Below, piece by piece: positions 1 to 8,316 of a stretch of 64,000 bases of DNA. The stretch's first letter is position 1. Every line of letters starts with the position of its first letter. Position numbers and translations under genes: made by a program. The DNA is taken from NCBI GenBank assembly GCA_963770895.1, contig CAVYRF010000002.1:5664001-5728000 (forward strand), given 5' to 3'. The notes below the pieces were generated by a model that made no database searches, had not been told where the DNA came from, and saw nothing but the letters and a program-made list of their open reading frames with translations. This DNA is from an uncultured Acidobacteriota bacterium (GTDB taxonomy: Bacteria; Acidobacteriota; Thermoanaerobaculia; Multivoradales; UBA5704).

Positions 1-840
1 CGGACGCTGGTCGACTGGCTGCGCCGAAGGGCGCCCGCGGGAGCGGTGGTGGCGACGTTTCCGGGATCGGCGCTGCGCATCCAGCGCTGGGCGCGTTCCG
101 TCGGCGCGACCCTGCCGCCGGTGACGTGGATTCTGGGCGGTGAGCCGGTGAGCGCGGTCAAGCGCCAGCGGCTCGAAGAGGACGGTCACCGGGTCTACCC
201 GTGGTACGGCGCCGTCGACACCGGCCGCATCGCCATCGGCTGCCTTGCGCCCGCGAGCGCCAATGACATGCATCTGCTCACGGATCGCTACGCGGCGATC
301 ATGCCGTACCCGGCCGGGGACGATGCGGCGGGCGGCGAGCGGAGGTTGCTGCTGACCTCCCTGATTCCCGAGGTCCATCGGCGCATGTTGAATGCCGACA
401 TCGGCGACCTGGCGGCGCCGCTCGAGCGCCGGTGCGGCTGCGCGTTCGAGCGGCTGGGCCTGGTGCGCCACCTGCACGCGGTCCACAGCAAGCAGAAGCT
501 CACCGTGGAAGGTGCCACGCTCTCCGCGGAGACGGTGCAGTCGCTGGCCAGCGACCTGTTGCCGGCGGCTTGCGGCGGTTCGCCGACCGACTACCAGATC
601 CTCGAAGAAGAGGACGGCGCCGGCGTCACGCGCCTGGTCGTGCTGGTGCATCCGGCCCTGACCGCCGACGAGCAGGCGGTGCTGCACACGGTCGACCGCG
701 TGCTGGCGGTGGCGGGCGGCGGCGGCACCGCCGAGCGATTGCGGCGCTCCGGCGTGGTGACCGTCCGCCGCGAGACACCGCGCATGAGCGCCGCCGGCAA
801 GTCGCAGTCGGTGGCGCGGGCCGGACGGACGCCGGGATGA
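1..840 (+). CDS. Phenylacetate-CoA ligase/F390-synthetase-like adenylate-forming protein, 5' partial
   Basis: Frame is open from base 1. Motifs GGEPV, YGAVDTGRIAIGC, LLTSL..MLNADIGD and CGC resemble the PaaK-like C-terminal region. Stop overlaps the next start (ATGA). Confidence 0.6.
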   Translation, partial: RTLVDWLRRRAPAGAVVATFPGSALRIQRWARSVGATLPPVTWILGGEPVSAVKRQRLEEDGHRVYPWYGAVDTGRIAIGCLAPASANDMHLLTDRYAAIMPYPAGDDAAGGERRLLLTSLIPEVHRRMLNADIGDLAAPLERRCGCAFERLGLVRHLHAVHSKQKLTVEGATLSAETVQSLASDLLPAACGGSPTDYQILEEEDGAGVTRLVVLVHPALTADEQAVLHTVDRVLAVAGGGGTAERLRRSGVVTVRRETPRMSAAGKSQSVARAGRTPG

Positions 841-1673
841 CCGGCGTGGCCGTCCGCGCGGCGGAGGAACGCGACGCTCCCGGCGTGCGTCAGCTCTGCG
901 CCCGGCTCGACCGCTGCGACTACCTGCTGAGCGCCTGGGGCCGCTGGATGCGGACGCCCGGCGATCTCAACCTGGTCGCGGAGTCGGCAGGCCGCGTCGT
1001 CGGTTGCGTGCACGCCGGGCTGCTTTCGGCGAGCGAAACGTTCCTGCAGGGACTGCGGGTCGATCCGGGCGTGCGGCGGCGGGGCGTGGGCAGCCGGCTG
1101 ATGGCGGAGCTCGACGCGCGCCTGCGCCAGCGCGGGCTCGCGGTCCAGCGCGCGGTTACCGCGAAGGACAACGGCGCGGCGCGCCGCCTGCTGGCCGCTC
1201 TGGGCTGGCGTGAGGTGCATGCCGTGGCGCGGCGCCGGCGGCAGTCCGTGCACGTCGCGGGCGCCGGCCTGGAACGGCCATCGCGGGAGTCGGTCGCGGC
1301 GATCGCCGGCCGCCATCCCATGGTCGCCAGCCGGCCCGGGCAGGCGTTTTTCCACCGCATCTACTTTGCCGCCTCGGCGGCCTGGGTCGCGGACGCGGTG
1401 GGCGCCGGGCAGGTCCTGGGCGACGGCGACGCCTGCGCCTTCCTCGACCCGCCCAGCGACGGTACGCTCTGGCTGCATTCCTTCGCCGGACCCGCGGCAT
1501 CCTCGCTGCGGCTCCTCGCCGGGCTGATCGATGCGCGCGCCGGCGGCCGCGGCACGGTCATCATCGAGGCGCCCGCCGACGCCGAGATCCAGGGCGCCCT
1601 GGATGCGCTCGGCTTCGAGCCCGCGGGCCCGCACGACCGCTACGTGGTGGTGGAAAACCCGCTGCGTGGATAG
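837..1673 (+). CDS. GNAT family N-acetyltransferase
   Basis: ATG at 837 overlaps the upstream TGA. Acetyl-CoA motif LRVDPGVRRRGVGSRLM and N..ARRL..ALGW. Confidence 0.8.
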   Translation: MTGVAVRAAEERDAPGVRQLCARLDRCDYLLSAWGRWMRTPGDLNLVAESAGRVVGCVHAGLLSASETFLQGLRVDPGVRRRGVGSRLMAELDARLRQRGLAVQRAVTAKDNGAARRLLAALGWREVHAVARRRRQSVHVAGAGLERPSRESVAAIAGRHPMVASRPGQAFFHRIYFAASAAWVADAVGAGQVLGDGDACAFLDPPSDGTLWLHSFAGPAASSLRLLAGLIDARAGGRGTVIIEAPADAEIQGALDALGFEPAGPHDRYVVVENPLRG

Positions 1674-3663
1674 CGCTCTGCTGGCGCTGCGCCAGCTGCT
1701 GGCGCTGGCGGCGCTGACGACCGTCGCCGTCCTCTGGGGACGGCGGGCGATGGCGCTGATCCTGGGCAAGACGCCGCCCACGAGCGGGCTGGAAGGCTGG
1801 GGCTTCGCGGTCGCCTGCGGGCTCGCCACCTTGGGCACCGCGCTGTTCGTGCTCGGCCTGGCCGGTGGTCTGACGCCGCTCGCCGTCGCGCTGCTGGCGG
1901 CGTGCGGCGTCCTGGCGTGGAGAACCGCGGGCACGCGGCAGGCCGCTCCGGCCGCGCCGATCGATCCGGCGGCGCCGGTCGCCGTGCCGGTCGGCCGCGC
2001 CACGATCGTGCTCGGTGCGCTCCTGATGCTGCCAGCCTTTGTGCTCTCCCTGTACCCGCCGAACGGCTTTGACGAGACCACCTACCACCTGCCGCTCGCC
2101 GCCGCCTTCGCGCGCAGCCACCACCTGGTGCTGGTCCCCGACGTTCTCTACCCGGTCTCACCGCAGCTCCTGGAGCTGCTGTTCACGGCGCTGCTGCTGA
2201 CCGCGGGGGACGTTGCGACGCACACCGTCCAGTTCCTGTGCCTGGGAGCGATCGCCGCGGCGGTGTTCGCGGCGGGGGAGCGGTATGCCGGCCGCCGCGC
2301 GGGGGTGGTCGCCGCCGCCCTGTGGCTCGCCAACCCGCTGGTCCACTACCAGGCTGCCAGCGCCTACGTCGATCTCGGCCTGACGCTCTTCGTCTTGCTG
2401 GCGATCCTGGCGTGGGAGCGCTGGCAGGCGGGGGAGTCGCCGCGCTGGCTGGTCGCCGCCGGCGTGCTGGCCGGATCTGCCGCCGCCACCAAGCACCTGG
2501 GGCTGCTCTGGCTGGCGCTGCTGGCGCTGGCGACCTGGGGCGCGGCTCCCCGCGGCCGGCGCTGGCGGACCACGGCGCTCTACCTGGCCGGCGCCGGCGT
2601 GACGCTCGCGCCATGGGCCGCCCGCAGCCTCTGGGAGACCGGGAATCCCATCTTTCCGCTGCTCTCCGGCTGGTTTACGGGCACCGGCTCGCGGCTCGAG
2701 CAGGCCGCCGGCGTGCCGCTCGCCGCGGCCTGGCTGGGCTCGCGCCAGTGGGCCGCGGCAACCCTATCCGTGCTGCGCCAGCCGTGGACGCTGCTGGCGC
2801 TGCCATGGCGAGCCGCCTTCGATCGCGGGAGCTTCCACCTCCAGGCGCCGCTGTCGCCGTACCCGCTGCTGCTCCTTCCCCTGGTCGCCTGGCAGGCGGT
2901 GCGGGATCGCCGGCTGCGCCGCTGGCTGCTGCTGATCGTCGCCTACGCGGCGCTCGGCACCACGGCCGATCTGCGCTTCCAGCTGCCGAGCGCCGCGCTC
3001 TTCGCGGTCGCCGGCGGGATCGCGGTGACGCGGGCATTGGAGTCGCCGCAGCTGGCGCGCTGGGCGCGTCCGGGGAGCGTCGCAGTCCTGGCGCTGGCGA
3101 TCGCCGCGCTCGGCCCCCTCTACGCCTGCTACAAGGTGTGGCGGCACGGTCCGCCGCCGGCGACCGCCGCCGCGCGGGAGACTTTCCTGGCGCGGGAGCT
3201 GCCCGGCTATCGCGCCATCGCGCTGCTCAATCAGCGCTGCGGCGCAAGCTACACGGTGTTTGCCTTCGATGCCGAGAACCTGACCTACTACGCCCAGGGA
3301 CGGTTCCTGGGCCAGCGCGGCGGCCCGTTCGCCCAACGCCCGCTGGCGCCGCTACGCCGCGACCCCGGCGGTCTGGCCGCGGCGCTCAGCCGCTGGAGCG
3401 TCGACGACCTCCTGGTCAATCACCCGCTCCCCGCCGCCGTCCCCTTCGCGGCGGAAGCCGGCCGCGCGCCGCTGGCGCGGTGGTTTCAACCCCTGCCGAC
3501 CGGGCCGTGGCCCGACGCCGAGCTGTTCGTGCTGCTCGACGGGCAGGGGCGCCCGCGCGCCTCCGCGTTCTCCCAGGTGGGCTCGCAGCGACTGCTTCCC
3601 ATCGGGTGCCGGCTGATCCAAGCCACAGGTGAGCCGGCCGTCGAGGATCGTCAGCGGCACTGA
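1666..3663 (+). CDS. GT-C/ArnT-like polytopic membrane glycosyltransferase
   Basis: GTG at 1666 overlaps the GNAT end. Many TM segments; FDETTYHLP, AYVD, ATKH and TGNPIFP motifs. Confidence 0.7.
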   Translation: MDSALLALRQLLALAALTTVAVLWGRRAMALILGKTPPTSGLEGWGFAVACGLATLGTALFVLGLAGGLTPLAVALLAACGVLAWRTAGTRQAAPAAPIDPAAPVAVPVGRATIVLGALLMLPAFVLSLYPPNGFDETTYHLPLAAAFARSHHLVLVPDVLYPVSPQLLELLFTALLLTAGDVATHTVQFLCLGAIAAAVFAAGERYAGRRAGVVAAALWLANPLVHYQAASAYVDLGLTLFVLLAILAWERWQAGESPRWLVAAGVLAGSAAATKHLGLLWLALLALATWGAAPRGRRWRTTALYLAGAGVTLAPWAARSLWETGNPIFPLLSGWFTGTGSRLEQAAGVPLAAAWLGSRQWAAATLSVLRQPWTLLALPWRAAFDRGSFHLQAPLSPYPLLLLPLVAWQAVRDRRLRRWLLLIVAYAALGTTADLRFQLPSAALFAVAGGIAVTRALESPQLARWARPGSVAVLALAIAALGPLYACYKVWRHGPPPATAAARETFLARELPGYRAIALLNQRCGASYTVFAFDAENLTYYAQGRFLGQRGGPFAQRPLAPLRRDPGGLAAALSRWSVDDLLVNHPLPAAVPFAAEAGRAPLARWFQPLPTGPWPDAELFVLLDGQGRPRASAFSQVGSQRLLPIGCRLIQATGEPAVEDRQRH

Positions 3664-3719
3664 GCGCCTGTGCCCCGGCCTTTGGCTGCAGCCACGGGCC
3701 AAGAGGGGCGCAGTTCCCG

Positions 3720-4706
3720 TTGCAAACCGCGGCCGGCAGCGACCTGGGCGGATGTTGCGCCCGCGCGAGCCTCTACGCATCGGATGGCACCGCGGCCGGC
3801 AGCGCCGTCCTCACCCGCGCCGCGGACGATCCCGACTACATCCCGCTCCTCCTGCCGGACCTGTATCTGTTCGCCAACTTCGGCGGCAACGAGGTGCTCT
3901 TCAGCAATCACGCCACCGGGCTCTGGGTGAGCGACGGCACCGCCAAGGGTACCCGGCAGCTGTTCGCCGCCACGCAGAGTCAGGTCCCAGGGCGTTTCAC
4001 GCCCGTCGCCGCGCTGGGCGCGAAGCTGATCTTCGCCGGCCACCGGATCGGTGGCCCCAGCTGCGATCCGGGAGAGATCGAGCCCTGGGTCACCGACGGT
4101 GTGCGAGCCCACACCCGCGAGCTGAAAGACCTCAATCCATACTTTTACGACGGCGGCGGCTCGCAGTGCGAAGGCCTGCCGCTTTCGTCCTATCCCGGAC
4201 CGGGTGTCGCGCTGGGCGCGGAGGCCCTTTTCGCCGCCGACGACCTGGTGCACGGCCGCGAGCTCTTCGCCTCGGACGGCACGGCAGCCGGCACGCGCCT
4301 GGTGGCAGACATCAACCCGGCAAAGATCCCCAATACGATCACCGATCCGCCAGGCGTGCCGGCGAACGCGGGTGTCGGATCGGACCCGACGGACCTGGTG
4401 GTGCTCGGCAGCCATGTGCTGTTCGTGGCCGACGACGGCACCACGGGGCGGCAGCTGTGGATCACCAACGCCACCGGGCGCGGCACGTACCAGGTGACGA
4501 ACTGGACGGCGGCTGAGGACGGCTCGTCACCGCACGACCTGGGGACCTGGAGGCTGGCCGACATCGCACCCGGTGCCGCGTCGAGCAACCCCGGGCCTTT
4601 CGCCGTAGCCGGAAACCAGGTGCTCTTCGGCGCCGACGACGGTGAGCACGGCCGCGAGCTGTGGGCTCTGCCGGTGAGCGCGGTGACCGCCGGCACCGCG
4701 CCCTGA
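3720..4706 (+). pseudogene. ELWxxDGT repeat beta-propeller protein, probably 5'-truncated with an internal deletion
   Basis: Repeats LWVSDGTAKGT, EPWVTDG, HGRELFASDGTAAGT and HGRELW. No signal peptide; one repeat is collapsed (SSPHDL|GTWRLADI). Confidence 0.55.
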
Positions 4707-4782
4707 GCGGCGACGGCAGGGCGGGGCACCGCCGGCTCCCCGCCCTGCCGCGCTCCGCCGGCCGGTGCATCAGGCTGGCGGC

Positions 4783-7700
4783 TCAGGGGGTGAAGGCGGT
4801 GTCGTCCAGGCCGCCGCAGTAGTTGCCGGCGGCGTTGTGGTAGGTCTTGATCTGGCCGCTCCTGGTGTCGGTCACGGTCAGGGTGTATTCCAGGTCGGAC
4901 AGGGTGCCGTAGAAGACCGCGATCCGGTTGCCGAGGTCGAGGACCTTGACCAGCAGCTCGAGGTCCGCGGGATCGGTGAAGTAGAAGGCGCCGGTGAGAT
5001 TGCCGGCGAGCGGCACCGCCCCGCCGGTGCCGCTCGTGCCGTTGCCAGGGTTGGACCACTGGATGGCGAGCGCAAAACGGCTGGCCATCAAGCAGAGAGT
5101 GCCGGAGCCTGGGCGGCAGGTGCCGCTGGCGCCCGGTGCTGCCGCGGCCAACGGTGCCAGGCGGGCGCCGGCCGCTGCGCTGGGCATCGCGCTGCCCGCT
5201 TCTCCGGTCGCGGCGCTGATCGTTGCGCCGGCCGCCGCGCCGGCGCGCTTGCGGCTGCTCTTGGTGAAACCGACCTCATCGATCGCGCCGCAGTTGCCGG
5301 GCGTGTTCTTGTAGGTCTTGACGGTTCCGGTGACCACGTCGGTGACGGTCATGGAGAAGAGCAGGTCGGTGAGCTCACCGTAGAACACCTTGAAGTTGGC
5401 GCCAAAATCCAGGATCTTGACGATCAGCTCCACGTTGGTCGGGTCGGTGAAGGTGAAGAACCCGGCATCGTCGGTGCGGGTGATGGCGGACGCCTGGCCG
5501 CTGGTGCTGTTGTACTGGTTTTCCCAGGCGGCTTGCACCTGGAAGCGGCCGGAGGCAAGGCAAAGGGTATTGACGCCGGGGGTGCAGTGTCCAGGCGTCG
5601 CGGGGGGAGCAGGGGGCGTGGGAGGCTGTGCACTGCCGCTCGGGCTGTAGTCCCAGATCCCCCGACCAAAGGTGGCGAAGCGCACGACCCCGGCCGCCGG
5701 CACGCCTTCGACGGAGTTGTAGATGGTCTGCGGCGCACCGCCGGCAGCGGTCAGCAGGTCGACCCAGGTGCCGGCGCCGGAGTCGTAGCGGTATGGACCG
5801 CCGTCGGTCGCGGCGTAGACGTTCTCGGTCGCGGGGCCGTCGAACGCCAGGTCTTCCAGAGAGTCGGCCGGCAGGCCGTTGGACATGTCGCTCCAGGTGG
5901 CACCGCCGTCGGTCGACTTGTAGACCGCGGCCTGTGCGCCCGTGCCACCGGCATAGCAGGTCAGCGGGTCTTGCGACGAAGCCAGCACGGCGGCGCCCGA
6001 CAGGCCTGAGGCCGGTTGCGAGCTGGTCCAGGTGACGCCGTGATCGTGCGACGCCCAGACGGTGCCTGCGCTGGTGATGGCGTACCAGTAGCTGCCGTTG
6101 GCCGCCGAGATCGCCAGCGACTGCACGTAGTCGGTGCCGCCGCTGCCGGAAAAGTCCTGCGGCAGCATGACGGCGGGCGGCTGAGGCTGCTGATCGACGT
6201 CCGGCACGCGCCAGATGTGATCGCCCCCCACGTAGACGCTCTTCGCATCCTCGGGATCGGCCAGGAGATACGGCAGGAACGGGCGCTGGGTGAACGGCGG
6301 CATCGCCACGTGCGTCCAGGGGCCCTCCTGCGCTGGATCGGCGACGAATCCGATGGAGCCGACGCCGGAGACGAAGAGATTCGTGAAGTCGCCGGCGCTC
6401 GACGAGATGTGGCCGCTGTCACCGGGATACGGCTGGTCGAAGGGCATCACTCCCGGACCCGGATGGGAGATCTGCAGCCCCTGGTCCTGCGCGCCTGCGG
6501 CGATCTGGTCGGGATTGCGCGGACTGGTGTAGGAGCTGTAGTACTGGGAATCGGGAAAGCCCTGGAGCGTGATGTTCTGCACCGTGGCACCGCTGTCGAA
6601 GGACACGTAGCTGCCGCCGTCGGTGTTGACGAACAGGGCTTCGCGCCCCTGCCACATGGCGCACTCGATGCCGTCGATGTCGATGTGGAGCTGGCTTGCC
6701 GGGTGATCGGCGTAGTCGAAGCCGATCTGCGTGAAGGTCCGGCCGCCGTCCGTCGAGCGGTAGGCGAAGATGCCCCCGAACAGGACCAGGTTGGGGTTGT
6801 GGATCGAAGTCCCGATGCCGCTGTTGCCGCTGTAGAAGATGCCGGTGGTGTCGAAACGCTCCTGCCAGGTCTTGCCGCCGTCTTCAGAGGCATAGAGGTT
6901 CCACACCGGGCTGGTCTGCACGTTCTGCCTGAGCGTGGCATAGAGGGTCGGACCGCCGGCCTCCGAGCCGCCCAGCACCGCGCTGACGGTGCTGCCCGGA
7001 CCGGCCGCTCCGAGCTGCGAGAAGGTGGCGCCGTGATCGCTCGAGGCCATCAGCTGGCCGTTCTGGAGCATCACGTAGATCGGCCCCGAGGCGGTGCGGC
7101 TGGTCCAGATGCCGGGGCCGCTGGCAGTGTTCGGCGGGGAGGTGAGCGGCAGGGTGGCCTGCCCGGTGAAGGTCTGGCCGCCGTCGGTCGACAGAAAGAC
7201 CTGCGCCTGGGTGTCGCTGATCGCGGCGAACAGGTAGACCGTGCTCGGGTTGCCGCCGTCGTGAAGCAGTCCGAACACATCGGTCCCCTGCGGCGCCCCG
7301 GTCGGCACCGACCAGGTGGCGCCGCCGTCGCTGCTGACCTCCGGCGGCGAGAAGTAGCCCGCCGCCGCCCAGATCTGGGGGGGACCGGGCGTCACCACCA
7401 GATAGCGGACGCCGAAGCTCCAGATGCCCAGCTCGAGGCTGTCGCCGCGCGGCTGCCAGCCGGCCTGAGGCGTTCCCTGAAAGATGCTGCCGCCGGCCGT
7501 GCCGACCAGCAGGCTCTGGCCGTCGGGGGAGACGACGGTGACCTGGGTCCGGCCGGCCTGGCTGGAGCTGCCGCGCTGGGTCCAGCTGCCCGGGTCGGCG
7601 GTGCCGCCGGCGCTCGTCAGGCCTCGCCCCATCGCGGCGCGCCGCAGGCGCAGGAGAGCTTCCCGCCGTGGATCGCCGGCGATCGCCGTCAGGCTGCCTC

Positions 7701-7944
7701 CCGACAGCGAACCGGGGAGCGCCTTCTGCTCCTCCTCGACCTCGACGCTCTGGGCCGCCTTGGCCGTCCGCGACGCCGCGGAGCCCGGCGAGAGGTTGGC
7801 CCGCACCGCCACGGTCACGCAGCCACAAAACGGCAGGACCGCGCCGGAAACCGCCAAAGCCAGTGCCACGGAGCGAACCCTCCCCTGCGCGCGGACCGCC
7901 GCGATCAGGGCAGTGGAGCACAGTCGCCCAGCAGAGATCATCAT
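4783..7944 (-). CDS. Secreted BNR/Asp-box (VPS10/GH74-like) beta-propeller protein with two C-terminal repeat domains
   Basis: Multiple SxDGGxTW/F Asp boxes. ATG at 7944 with AAGAAAGGA RBS, and a hydrophobic N-terminus. Two LCL..xRF..W..ELxVKxLD..VFYGxLxD..TVTD..CG domains. Confidence 0.75.
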   Translation of the reverse strand: MMISAGRLCSTALIAAVRAQGRVRSVALALAVSGAVLPFCGCVTVAVRANLSPGSAASRTAKAAQSVEVEEEQKALPGSLSGGSLTAIAGDPRREALLRLRRAAMGRGLTSAGGTADPGSWTQRGSSSQAGRTQVTVVSPDGQSLLVGTAGGSIFQGTPQAGWQPRGDSLELGIWSFGVRYLVVTPGPPQIWAAAGYFSPPEVSSDGGATWSVPTGAPQGTDVFGLLHDGGNPSTVYLFAAISDTQAQVFLSTDGGQTFTGQATLPLTSPPNTASGPGIWTSRTASGPIYVMLQNGQLMASSDHGATFSQLGAAGPGSTVSAVLGGSEAGGPTLYATLRQNVQTSPVWNLYASEDGGKTWQERFDTTGIFYSGNSGIGTSIHNPNLVLFGGIFAYRSTDGGRTFTQIGFDYADHPASQLHIDIDGIECAMWQGREALFVNTDGGSYVSFDSGATVQNITLQGFPDSQYYSSYTSPRNPDQIAAGAQDQGLQISHPGPGVMPFDQPYPGDSGHISSSAGDFTNLFVSGVGSIGFVADPAQEGPWTHVAMPPFTQRPFLPYLLADPEDAKSVYVGGDHIWRVPDVDQQPQPPAVMLPQDFSGSGGTDYVQSLAISAANGSYWYAITSAGTVWASHDHGVTWTSSQPASGLSGAAVLASSQDPLTCYAGGTGAQAAVYKSTDGGATWSDMSNGLPADSLEDLAFDGPATENVYAATDGGPYRYDSGAGTWVDLLTAAGGAPQTIYNSVEGVPAAGVVRFATFGRGIWDYSPSGSAQPPTPPAPPATPGHCTPGVNTLCLASGRFQVQAAWENQYNSTSGQASAITRTDDAGFFTFTDPTNVELIVKILDFGANFKVFYGELTDLLFSMTVTDVVTGTVKTYKNTPGNCGAIDEVGFTKSSRKRAGAAAGATISAATGEAGSAMPSAAAGARLAPLAAAAPGASGTCRPGSGTLCLMASRFALAIQWSNPGNGTSGTGGAVPLAGNLTGAFYFTDPADLELLVKVLDLGNRIAVFYGTLSDLEYTLTVTDTRSGQIKTYHNAAGNYCGGLDDTAFTP

Positions 7945-7978
7945 AGCGAATGATCCTTTCTTGGTGATGACTTGCTCC

Positions 7979-8007
7979 AATGTATACAACTGCACACAAA
8001 ACGTCAA
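7979..8007 (-). promoter_or_regulatory. Sigma70-type promoter of the BNR gene
   Basis: TTGACG-N17-TACATT on the minus strand in an AT-rich patch 35 nt upstream of the ATG. Confidence 0.55.
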
Positions 8008-8316
8008 ATGCAATGCTGCCCTGTTGTCATCGTTGCGGTGCAGGTGGCCGGGCGGCCTGTCTGGAGGCACACCGATGGGCTTGGAAGGGCTGCGCGTGCT
8101 TGTGGAAGCGCCCCAGCCGGCGCGCCGCCTGGCGGGAACGGGCCGGCGCCATCGCCGGCTGAGCCTGGGGGCGGTTCGTCGATCGGCGGTTCGTCGATCG
8201 GCAAGCGGCGGATCAGAGGATGAGGGGCAGGTCGCCTTCTGCCGCGACCCGCTCGACGCGCGGGGCGGCGCCGGCGGCCCACAGGTCGGGGCGCGGTGGA
8301 GCGCTGGCGAAAAATT

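Noticed and set aside
8172-8202. 15-bp tandem duplication CGGTTCGTCGATCGG (and GCACCGGTTG x2 near 19818)
   Set aside because: Two copies only; consistent with slippage, with no evidence of function.
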